A DNA stretch of 43,864 bases from an uncultured Oscillospiraceae bacterium (GTDB lineage: Bacteria; Bacillota; Clostridia; Oscillospirales; Oscillospiraceae), in the NCBI GenBank assembly GCA_904398675.1, contig CAJFPI010000059.1:1-43864 (forward strand). Direction: 5' to 3'. Under the pieces are notes generated by a model. It ran no database searches and was not told the DNA's origin. It worked only from the letters and a program-made list of their open reading frames with translations. A program made the position numbers and the translations under genes. Shown one piece after another: positions 26,944 to 34,914 of the stretch. How positions within the stretch are numbered: the stretch's first letter is position 1; every line of letters starts with the position of its first letter.

Positions 26944-27353
26944 GTGTTCGCAACTCCTTTCATTTCAATCCGTTGAAATTACATTTCTTCCGGCCTGCGC
27001 AGGGTTGCTGGATCAAAAGCCTGGATTTGCCATAGTGGGTTTTATACAAAATGCCGATAGATTAGCCTCCGCACGCCTGGAATTTGTAGTTTTATTATAA
27101 ATTTTTTCGATAGCCACCGTCTATTATCAGATCGGTCGTTTTTTTTACCGTATTTGACACATGTCTGACTGGGATTTTCAGGCATTTTGCCACTTCTGCT
27201 GTATGGAATTTGCCTTTAAGATGTAAAAAAACGCATGTAAAACATGAAAATATGAAAAAAATAGTAAAGGAAATGGCAAATATTGGGAAAGACAAGGGGC
27301 GGGAAACCGTGGTACGCTGAAAACCAGGGAGGCGGAAGAGAGGGGGAAGAGGA

Positions 27354-28817
27354 GTGGACAGCATACAAAAGACCTCGTGGGGACAGGTGGAGTGGCTGAC
27401 AGAGGGGAAAAACAGCCAGGCCATGAGCATCGGCGTCGTATCCATCGACCCCAAGGTGCGCCAGGAGCCCCATATCCATTACGAGAACGAGCAGTTTATC
27501 TACATCCTCCAGGGGGACGGCCTGGACGTGGTGGATGGTGTGTCCCGGCTGATCCACCCCGGCATGTTCTACTACCTTCCGCCCAACATTACACATGAGA
27601 CGGTCAATACAGGTGCGATTCCCCTGCGCCATCTGATGGTATCGGTGTCCACGGTGTTCCAGGGGGCGGCGGTGCCGGACAACCAGGAGGTGCTGCATTT
27701 CAGCGGCAGCTTTTATGGCGCCATTGAGGCCATCCGCAGCCAGGTGCTGGACAATGCCACCCTGCCTGTGACCATCTTTGACGACATGGGGAATCTGGTG
27801 CTGCAGAACCGGAAATATCCGCATTACTGCCTGACTCACTGCAACCCCCTGAAGGACACGGCGCGGTGCCCCTGCTTTGAGCGGCGGCTGCAGCCGGGAA
27901 CAGTGGGTGGGAATGTGGGGCGGGTATGCCCCCATGGGCTGACGGTGTTCTGCATGCCGATCGTTTATCAGGATACATTCCTCGGCAGCCTTTTCAGCGG
28001 CCATATCCTGCTGGGAAACGGCATAAATGCCGAGGGAACGGGGATGTATGACACGCCCATCGGCTCCATGCTGGCCATCCAGCAGTGGATGCAGAACGTG
28101 GTGCGCAGCATCATCAGCTTTTGCACCTTCAACGCCCTGCGCAGGGATATTGCGCAGAAGGACGCCCTGCTGGCCCAGAGCCAAAGCCAGCAGCAGATGC
28201 TGGAGACGGACCTGCAGGCCATGCGGAACATGGTTACAAACCTGAAGATCAACCACCACTTCCTTTTCAACACCCTGAATGCCATTGCCGGCCAGGCCCT
28301 GGAGGGGGATCGGATCACCACCTATCAGACCATTGTAGACCTGGCCAAGATGTTCCGCTATTCCACTGCCACCAACCTGCAGATGGTGCCGCTGCGCTCA
28401 GAGCTGGAATATCTCAGGACCTATCTCCATATTCAGGAGCTGCGCTACGGCAGGGAGCTGACAGTGGACTTTCATTGCGAGGAGGGGGCGGAAACCTGCC
28501 TGGTGCCCTTTAACTTTCTCCAGCCGATTATTGAAAATGCATTTACGCACGGTTTTATCAACCACTCGGGAGAAAAGCGGCTGGGGATCCGGATTACCAA
28601 GCATGAGCAGTTCCTCCGCTTTATGGTGGAAAACAACGGGGAATGGATTGACAAAACCACGCTGCAGCGGGTCCGCCGCGGAATGGAGACCAGCTCCGGC
28701 CACGGCCTTTCCCTGGTTTATGCCAAGCTGCAGGCCGCCTACGGCGACCGCTTTTCGATCCATATTACATCAGGAAAAACGACTGGTACCAAAATCCGGC
28801 TGGAGCTGCCGCGCTGA
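27354..28817 (+). CDS. Soluble sensor histidine kinase: cupin, PocR-like sensory domain, then LytS/YesM-type His_kinase and HATPase
   Basis: 487 aa with a GTG start. Cupin motifs are EPHIHYENEQFIYILQGDG and GMFYYLPPNITHETVN. The Cys-rich PocR-like segment is LPVTIFDDMGNLVLQN...CPCF...CPHGLTVFCMPIV. The LytS-type H-box is NHHFLFNTLNAI and the HATPase G-box is GHGLSL. I could not find a hydrophobic TM segment. Confidence 0.8.
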   Translation: MDSIQKTSWGQVEWLTEGKNSQAMSIGVVSIDPKVRQEPHIHYENEQFIYILQGDGLDVVDGVSRLIHPGMFYYLPPNITHETVNTGAIPLRHLMVSVSTVFQGAAVPDNQEVLHFSGSFYGAIEAIRSQVLDNATLPVTIFDDMGNLVLQNRKYPHYCLTHCNPLKDTARCPCFERRLQPGTVGGNVGRVCPHGLTVFCMPIVYQDTFLGSLFSGHILLGNGINAEGTGMYDTPIGSMLAIQQWMQNVVRSIISFCTFNALRRDIAQKDALLAQSQSQQQMLETDLQAMRNMVTNLKINHHFLFNTLNAIAGQALEGDRITTYQTIVDLAKMFRYSTATNLQMVPLRSELEYLRTYLHIQELRYGRELTVDFHCEEGAETCLVPFNFLQPIIENAFTHGFINHSGEKRLGIRITKHEQFLRFMVENNGEWIDKTTLQRVRRGMETSSGHGLSLVYAKLQAAYGDRFSIHITSGKTTGTKIRLELPR

Positions 28818-28845
28818 GTTTGCTGTGTGAGGGAGGAAAAGAGGT

Positions 28846-29550
28846 ATGATCCGCGCTATTATAGCGGACGACGAGGCGGCGGGCTCCGTCATTATCCGCT
28901 ATTTCATTAAAATGGGAAAGCTGCCTATCGAAATCGTGGATGAGGCCCGGGACGGCGAGGCGGCCCTGGAGATGATCCGGCGGGAACGGCCGGACCTGAT
29001 CTTCCTGGACATCCAGATGCCCTGCCTCAACGGCTTTGAGCTGATGCGGGCGGTGCCGGATGCCAATTACATTATCATTACCGCCTATGAATCCTTTCAA
29101 TACGCCCAGCAGGCCCTGCGCCTGGGGGCCAAGGACATCCTGCTCAAGCCGGTGGAGTTCGAGCCGTTCTGCGACGCCATTACCCGGGCGCTGGGGTGGA
29201 AATTTACCAAAAACCACCTGACCAATGAGATCATAGAGTACATCCAGCAGAATTACACCCAGAAGATCGAGGTCAACGAGCTGGCCCGCATGTACTACAC
29301 CACCGCCAGCCATATCGCCAGGACCTTCAAAAAGCATATGGGGATGGGCGTGATCAGCTATCTCCACGAGGTCCGTATTCAAAAAGCCATCTCCCTGATG
29401 CAGAATACAGATACCGGCATCAAGGAGATTGCGGAGACGGTGGGTTATGAGAATATCAACAATTTTTATAAATACTTTAAGCAGATGACCGGCTGTACCC
29501 CCGCGGCCTACCGGGAAAAGCGGGGCGAGGTCAAATCAGGTGCTGTATGA
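28846..29550 (+). CDS. Response regulator with AraC-type HTH output (YesN-like)
   Basis: 234 aa. The REC domain is IIADDE...DLIFLDIQMPCLNGFELM. The AraC HTH is ELARMYYTTASHIARTFKKHMG...IKEIAETVGYENINNFYKYFKQMTGCTPAAYR. Confidence 0.85.
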   Translation: MIRAIIADDEAAGSVIIRYFIKMGKLPIEIVDEARDGEAALEMIRRERPDLIFLDIQMPCLNGFELMRAVPDANYIIITAYESFQYAQQALRLGAKDILLKPVEFEPFCDAITRALGWKFTKNHLTNEIIEYIQQNYTQKIEVNELARMYYTTASHIARTFKKHMGMGVISYLHEVRIQKAISLMQNTDTGIKEIAETVGYENINNFYKYFKQMTGCTPAAYREKRGEVKSGAV

Positions 29551-29585
29551 AAAAGGCCGCGGCGATTTCGCCGCGGCCTTCCTGT
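29551..29585. terminator. Hairpin terminator between the convergent response-regulator gene and glyA
   Basis: AAGGCCGCGGCG-attt-CGCCGCGGCCTT, a perfect 12-bp stem. AAAA is on the 5' side and TT on the 3' side. Confidence 0.65.
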
Positions 29586-29638
29586 TGGATGATGTAACAA
29601 TAGGGGGTTGCAGAGGACTGGCGCCGGAAACAGCGCAA

Positions 29639-30895
29639 TCAATACTCCATCGGGTTCACCGGGTACAGGGGGAACCGGGCGATGAGAGCCTGGGCCTTTT
29701 CCCGGCAGCGGGCCAGATTGTCCTCGTCAAAGGGGGCGGAGGCAACCTGCTCCATGATATCCGCAATCTCCCGGATCTCCGGCTCCTTCAGGCCGCGCTG
29801 GGTCACAGCGGTCAGACCGATGCGGACGCCGCTGGTAACAGAGGGCTTTTCCTGGTCAAAGGGGATCATATTCTTGTTGACAGTGATGCCCACGGAATCC
29901 AGTGCGTTCTGGAAATCACGGCCGTTGATGCCCTTGCTGCGCAGATCCACCACCAGCAGATGGTTGTCCGTGCCGCCGCTGACGATGCGGAACCCCTTCT
30001 CGGTGAGGGCTGCCGCCAGGGCCTGGGCATTCTTCACCACCTGGCGCATGGTAGCCTTGAACGCATCGCTGGCAGCGTAGCGGAAGGACCAGCACTTGGC
30101 GGCCATGGTGTGGAGATGGATGGAGCCGAGAGCGCCGGGGAAGGTGCCCTTGTCCAGCATTTTGGCATATTCCTTCTTGCAGAAAACCATGCCGCTGCGG
30201 GCGCTGCAGAAGGTCTTGGTGGTGGAAGAGGTGACAAAGTCGGCGTGGGGGATGGGGCTGGGGATCACGCCGGCGGCCACAAGGCCCGCCACATGTGCCA
30301 TATCCACCATAAAGTAGGCGCCTACTTCCTTGGCCACCTTGGCGATGCGCTCGTAATCGATGAGACGGGAGTAGGAGCTGGCGCCGGCAATGATCATCTT
30401 GGGCTGATACTCCCGGGCCTTGGCCTCCAGGGCGTCATAGTCCAAAAGCTCCGTCTCGGGGTTGATGGCGTAGAACTCAAAGTGATAGATCTTGCTGACC
30501 CAGTTGGCAGGGCTGCCGTGGGTCAGATGGCCGCCCTGGTCCAGCCGCATGCTGAGGACCTTGTCGCCGGGGTTCAGCACGGAGGCGAAGACGCTGTAAT
30601 TGGCGGTGGAGCCGGAGTAGGTCTGGATGTTGACGTGCTCGGCGCCGAAGAGCTCCTTGGCCCGCTGGCAGGCCAGAGTCTCCACCTCGTCTGCTACATG
30701 GGAACCGGCCTGGAACCGGGCGCCGGGATAGCCCTCCAGGGTTTTGTTGGTGAACACGCTGCCGGTCAGCTCCATGACCTCCAGGGGGACGGTGCTTTCA
30801 GAGGCAATCATTTCGATGTTGTGGACCTGCCGCTCATATTCCTTTTCTACCAGGGCATACAATTCAGGGTCGGAAATTTTGGTTGCTTTCAACAT
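29639..30895 (-). CDS. glyA: Serine hydroxymethyltransferase
   Basis: 418 aa. MLKATKISDPELYALVEKEYERQ...IEMIASES...YPGARF...HLTHGSP...TSSTTKTF(C) are canonical SHMT motifs, including the PLP lysine region. Confidence 0.95.
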   Translation of the reverse strand: MLKATKISDPELYALVEKEYERQVHNIEMIASESTVPLEVMELTGSVFTNKTLEGYPGARFQAGSHVADEVETLACQRAKELFGAEHVNIQTYSGSTANYSVFASVLNPGDKVLSMRLDQGGHLTHGSPANWVSKIYHFEFYAINPETELLDYDALEAKAREYQPKMIIAGASSYSRLIDYERIAKVAKEVGAYFMVDMAHVAGLVAAGVIPSPIPHADFVTSSTTKTFCSARSGMVFCKKEYAKMLDKGTFPGALGSIHLHTMAAKCWSFRYAASDAFKATMRQVVKNAQALAAALTEKGFRIVSGGTDNHLLVVDLRSKGINGRDFQNALDSVGITVNKNMIPFDQEKPSVTSGVRIGLTAVTQRGLKEPEIREIADIMEQVASAPFDEDNLARCREKAQALIARFPLYPVNPMEY

Positions 30896-31024
30896 GTCAG
30901 CACCTCACTTCTTGTATGATGTTTGTACTCTATCACAAATTGCCCTGAAAAATAATGCTGATAATTGTGTTTGTTTGTACGGAATTTATCCACAACCACA
31001 AGGAGCGGAGACAGGAGCGGGAAA

Positions 31025-31054
31025 GCCCCGCGTCCGGCCCGGGGGACGCGGGGC
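31025..31054 (-). terminator. Hairpin terminator downstream of the yfcE-like gene
   Basis: GCCCCGCGTCC-n8-GGACGCGGGGC, a perfect 11-bp stem. It is followed by TTTCCC on the minus strand. Confidence 0.55.
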
Positions 31055-31072
31055 GGCAGCCCCCCGCGGGAA

Positions 31073-31534
31073 CTACCTGCGGGAGGGGAAGGCGACCTGC
31101 TCGAGATGATAGCGTCCCGCGTCCGCCTCCATCATGCAGAATGTCAGCTCCGGGTCAAACCGGCGCCTGCCGCAGCTGCCAGGATTCAGCCACAGGACGC
31201 CCTCCCGGGCCTCCACGCTGTAGCGGTGGGAGTGGCCGTAGACCACCACGTCCACACCCTTCAGCTGCTTGGGGACATCCCGCACATTGTGGGTCACAAA
31301 AAAGCGGACCTCCTCAACGGTAAAGCGCAGTGAGCCAGGGAGCCGGGGCGTGAGCCACCAGTCGTTGTTGCCCCGGACGATGTAGGTGTCCTTGCCGTAG
31401 GAATAGAGCGCCTCGGCGATCTCCGGCGTGTCCAGATCCCCGGCGTGAATGATCACGTCGGCCTCCGTCAGGCGGGCCTTGACCTCGGGGCGGAGAGTGC
31501 CGTGGGTGTCGGACAAAATGGCGATGCGTTTCAT
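31073..31534 (-). CDS. YfcE/MJ0936-family metallophosphoesterase
   Basis: 153 aa. The calcineurin-like motifs are LSDTHG, HAGD, RGNND, THN and GHSH. Confidence 0.85.
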   Translation of the reverse strand: MKRIAILSDTHGTLRPEVKARLTEADVIIHAGDLDTPEIAEALYSYGKDTYIVRGNNDWWLTPRLPGSLRFTVEEVRFFVTHNVRDVPKQLKGVDVVVYGHSHRYSVEAREGVLWLNPGSCGRRRFDPELTFCMMEADAGRYHLEQVAFPSRR

Positions 31535-31546
31535 GGGCGGCCTCCT

Positions 31547-31882
31547 TTATGAAAAGCTTGTGCGGAAAAGGGGGATCACGTTGATGACCGGCTCCTCGTA
31601 GGGGTGGACGGCCTTCACCGCCGCCACCGCCAGGCCCGCTGTTTCAGCGGGGCAGGTGACCTCCACCTTTATCTCCCGGGCGGTGCACACCTCGCCGATC
31701 TGTCCCAGATAGGGGCGGGTCCCCGCCAGGGGCCGCCAGCAGCTGGTGACTGGACTGTAGGAGAGGCAGCAGTCGTAGCCGCCGATGTGGCCGGCATCCA
31801 CGGACTGCAGTGCCCCGCGCACCGCCTCCAGATGGCTCTCCGGCACAAAAATTTCCAGCTTGCAGTAAGAAAATTCCGTCAT
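31547..31882 (-). CDS. Small ferredoxin/PII-fold protein resembling the Nif3/YqfO inserted domain
   Basis: Internal start MTEFSYCKLEIFVPESHLEAVRGALQSVDAGHIGGYDCC...HPYEEPVINVIPL in track ORF 31547..31987, with GGAGG SD. The family call is from memory of the pattern only. Confidence 0.45.
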   Translation of the reverse strand: MTEFSYCKLEIFVPESHLEAVRGALQSVDAGHIGGYDCCLSYSPVTSCWRPLAGTRPYLGQIGEVCTAREIKVEVTCPAETAGLAVAAVKAVHPYEEPVINVIPLFRTSFS

Positions 31883-31966
31883 AGCGTGCCTCCGAAAAAA
31901 TGTTCTGTGCCATTGTAACAGATTTTGCCTGTTTTGAAAAGTTTCCGTCAAGGGCAAAATTCGGCC

Positions 31967-31997
31967 TTGACATTGACGCGGCGTCAACTGTTAAGAT
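31967..31997 (+). promoter_or_regulatory. MerR-type promoter with 19-bp spacer and palindromic operator
   Basis: TTGACA (31967-31972), 19-nt spacer, TAAGAT (31992-31997). The spacer contains the palindrome TTGACG-cgg-CGTCAA (31973-31987). Confidence 0.6.
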
Positions 31998-32020
31998 GGG
32001 GTTCAAGGAGGGGTAACGCC

Positions 32021-32785
32021 ATGGAATATACCATTCATGCGCTGTCGCGCCTGTCCGGGGTGACCACCCGCACCCTGCGCTGGTACGACAAGATCGGTCT
32101 TTTAAAGCCCAGCCGCATCGCGGCGGGCGGCTGCCGCTGCTACGGTCAGACGGAGGTGGACCGACTGCAGGACATCCTTTACTACCGGGCCCTCGGGGTG
32201 GAGCTGGCCCGCATCAAGGCGTGCCTGGATGATCCCTCCTTTGACCGGCTTGCGGCCCTCCGCGGCCACCTGGCTGCCCTGGAGGAGCAGCGGGCGCGGC
32301 TGGACGGTTTGATCCAGTCTGTGAAAGACACCATTTCAGCACAGGAAAGGAATGAGCAGATGAGCGATGAGAAAAAATTTGAGGCTCTGAAAAGAGAAAT
32401 TGTAGACAGGCATGAGAGTGCCTATGGCCGGGAGGCACGGGAAATGTACGGAGATCGGAAGGTGGACGCCGCCCAGCAGGCGGTGCTGCATTTGACGGAA
32501 GAGCAGTATGAGGAGTGGACGGAGCTGGACCGGGAGATCCTGAGCCGCCTGGAGAAGGCCGTTTTGTCGGGACAGACCCCGGAGAGTGAGACGGGGAGGG
32601 AGATCGCCGCCCTCCACCGCCGCTGGCTCGTTCTCGGCGGGAGCCGGATCGGCGCGGCGGAGCACAGAGGGATCGCTGCCCTCTACACAGAGGATCCCCG
32701 GTTTGCCGCCTACTATGACAAGACGGCGCCCGGCGCAGCAAGGTTTCTCTGCGAGACGGTGCAGATCTGGGCGGACCGGATATGA
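32021..32785 (+). CDS. MerR-family regulator with TipAS-like C-terminal effector domain
   Basis: Internal start MEYTIHALSRLSGVTTRTLRWYDKIGLLKPSR (MerR HTH) in track ORF 31925..32785, with AAGGAGGGG SD. The C-terminus ...LHRRWL...YTEDPRFAAYYDK resembles TipAS. Confidence 0.85.
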   Translation: MEYTIHALSRLSGVTTRTLRWYDKIGLLKPSRIAAGGCRCYGQTEVDRLQDILYYRALGVELARIKACLDDPSFDRLAALRGHLAALEEQRARLDGLIQSVKDTISAQERNEQMSDEKKFEALKREIVDRHESAYGREAREMYGDRKVDAAQQAVLHLTEEQYEEWTELDREILSRLEKAVLSGQTPESETGREIAALHRRWLVLGGSRIGAAEHRGIAALYTEDPRFAAYYDKTAPGAARFLCETVQIWADRI

Positions 32786-32800
32786 TCCGGTTTCAGCAGG

Positions 32801-32843
32801 AAAAGGGGGCGGAGTGCCGGCAGGCGCTCCGCCCCACATTTTT
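32801..32843. terminator. Bidirectional hairpin terminator between the convergent merR-like gene and ptsI
   Basis: AAAAG-GGGGCGGAG-n12-CTCCGCCCC-ACATTTTT. Confidence 0.6.
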
Positions 32844-32922
32844 CCCATGCAAAAGCGCTGCAGAAACGGCCGTGCGCCGCTGCATATCCGGCGGGGCGGC
32901 CGTGACGGCCTGCGTGCCTCAC

Positions 32923-34554
32923 CTACTCTCCGCTCTTGGTCAAGTCCAGGGAGCGGATGCGCTTGCGCAGGGGCAGGATGGCGGAGGGGGAGACGGACAG
33001 CTCGTCCACACCCATGCGGAGGAAGGTTTCCGTCAGCGCCGGATCAGCCCCCAGCTCCCCGCAGATCCCTACCCAGCAGCCGTGGCGGTGGCCAGCCTCC
33101 ACCGTCATGCGGATCATGCGCAAAATGGCGGGGTGATGGGGGTCGTAGAAGGTGTCCAGCTTGGGGTTCTGACGGTCGATGGCCAGGGTGTACTGGCTGA
33201 GATCGTTGGTGCCCAGAGAGAAGAAATCCACCTCCTCCGCCAGCTCGTCGGCGATCATCACCGCCGCCGGGGTTTCGATCATGATACCGATTTCCACCTC
33301 GCCCATGGCCGCGCCCTGGGCCTTCAGCTCCCGGCGGCACTCCTCCAGAATCTCCTTGGCGTCCCGCACCTCCCGCACGGAGATGATCATGGGAAACATG
33401 ATGGACACACTGCCAAAGGCGCTGGCGCGGAGGATGGCCCGCAGCTGCTGTTTGAAGATGTCCCGGCGGGTCAGGCAGATGCGGATGGCCCGATAGCCCA
33501 GGGCCGGGTTCTCCTCGTGGTCCAGGCCGAAGTAGTCCGCCTGCTTGTCCGCGCCGATGTCCAGGGTGCGGATAACGACCTTTTTTCCGGCCATGGTCTC
33601 CGCCACCCGCTTGTAAACGGCAAACTGCTGGTCCTCGGTGGGATAGTCGCTGCCATCCAGATAGAGGAACTCGCTGCGGAACAGGCCGATGCCCTGGGCG
33701 TCGTTCTGGAGCACCAGCCCCACATCCCCGGCGCTGCCGATGTTGGCATACACCTGGATCTCCGTGCCGTCCAGGGTGACGTTGGGCTTTTTCTTCAGCC
33801 CCTGGAGAAGGGCCTCCTGCTCCAGATCGCTGCGGTGTTTGGCCTCCATGGCGGAGAGCAGCTCCGGCGCAGGGTCAATGTACACGCAGTGGTTGTACCC
33901 GTCCAGCACCGCTAGCCGGCCGTCCCAGCTCTCGTCGAAATCCACCCCGATCAGAGCTGGGATGTTCATGGTGCGGGCCAAGATGGCAGTGTGGCTGTTG
34001 GAGGAGCCGTGGCGGGTGATAAAGCCCAGGAGCTTGCTCTTATCCAGCTGCACCGTCTCGCTGGGCGTCAGATCGTCGGCCACCAGGATGGCAGGCTCCT
34101 CGCCCTGCACATCCCCCTGCTCGGAGCCGGTGAGGATATTGACCACCCGGCGGGAGATATCCTTCACATCTGCGGACCGGGCCTGCATATAGGAGTCCTC
34201 CATGGCCGCAAACGCAGCGGCAAAGTTCTCCCCTGTGGTGCTTACAGCGTACTCCGCGGTGGCCCCCTGGGTCTCAATGATGCTTTTGACGGCGTCCACA
34301 TAGTCCTCGTCATCCAGCATCATCTGGTGGATTTCGAAAATGGCGGCGTTGTCCTCGCCTACCTCGTCCAGCGCCTTGTCATACAGCGCGCCCAGCTGCT
34401 CCTGGGCCTCCCGGCGGGCCGACTCGAACCGCGCAAGCTCCTCCGCCGGGCTGAGGACAGAGGCCCGTCTGGCCTCTGCGGCTTTTTTGCGGTAGATCCG
34501 CAGCGGGCCGATGGCGATCCCCTTCAGAATGGATTTTCCGGTGGCTACCTTCAT
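32923..34554 (-). CDS. ptsI: Phosphoenolpyruvate-protein phosphotransferase (PTS Enzyme I)
   Basis: 543 aa. GSSNSHTAILAR carries the active-site His. FFSLGTNDLSQYTLA and the PEP-utilising C-terminal domain motif (WVGICGELG) are present. Confidence 0.95.
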   Translation of the reverse strand: MKVATGKSILKGIAIGPLRIYRKKAAEARRASVLSPAEELARFESARREAQEQLGALYDKALDEVGEDNAAIFEIHQMMLDDEDYVDAVKSIIETQGATAEYAVSTTGENFAAAFAAMEDSYMQARSADVKDISRRVVNILTGSEQGDVQGEEPAILVADDLTPSETVQLDKSKLLGFITRHGSSNSHTAILARTMNIPALIGVDFDESWDGRLAVLDGYNHCVYIDPAPELLSAMEAKHRSDLEQEALLQGLKKKPNVTLDGTEIQVYANIGSAGDVGLVLQNDAQGIGLFRSEFLYLDGSDYPTEDQQFAVYKRVAETMAGKKVVIRTLDIGADKQADYFGLDHEENPALGYRAIRICLTRRDIFKQQLRAILRASAFGSVSIMFPMIISVREVRDAKEILEECRRELKAQGAAMGEVEIGIMIETPAAVMIADELAEEVDFFSLGTNDLSQYTLAIDRQNPKLDTFYDPHHPAILRMIRMTVEAGHRHGCWVGICGELGADPALTETFLRMGVDELSVSPSAILPLRKRIRSLDLTKSGE

Positions 34555-34587
34555 CCCTGCGCACCTCCTTCCCGATCCAACGGCCGC

Positions 34588-34845
34588 TTACAGGTTTTCC
34601 TGGAGAAACTTCTCCATCCCAGCGGCGGCGGCCTCCTCATCGGTTCCCTCCACCGTGACGGTGATGGTGTCTCCGGCCTTGACGCCAAGGCTCATCAGCG
34701 CCATGAGCTTGGTGGCGGCGGCGGATTTTCCGTTCCGCTCGATGGTGATGGCGCTGGAAAATGCCTTGGCGGCCTTGACCAGAAGGCCGGCGGGGCGGGC
34801 ATGGATGCCTACGGGATCGGTGATGGTGTAGGTAAACTGTTTCAT
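34588..34845 (-). CDS. ptsH: Phosphocarrier protein HPr
   Basis: 85 aa. GIHARPA carries His15 and LMALMSLGV is present. See the finding on position 46. Confidence 0.9.
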   Translation of the reverse strand: MKQFTYTITDPVGIHARPAGLLVKAAKAFSSAITIERNGKSAAATKLMALMSLGVKAGDTITVTVEGTDEEAAAAGMEKFLQENL

Positions 34846-34866
34846 GATAAGGACTTCCTTTCTTCA

Positions 34867-34896
34867 TTAATATAAGTGTTGAAATCGCTTTTCCAA
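34867..34896 (-). promoter_or_regulatory. Possible internal promoter for ptsHI
   Basis: On the minus strand: TTGGAA (34896-34891), 18-nt spacer, TATTAA (34872-34867), in the 69-nt treC-ptsH gap. Confidence 0.3.
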
Positions 34897-34914
34897 TTCG
34901 TCTCTTTCGCCTTT

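Noticed and set aside
27303-27322. T-box-like string GAAACCGTGGTACGCTG upstream of the histidine kinase gene.
   Set aside because: It resembles the GGTGGTACCGCG T-box core only loosely. No specifier-loop, AGAGA or terminator/antiterminator architecture is present. A T-box in front of a kinase gene makes no biological sense.
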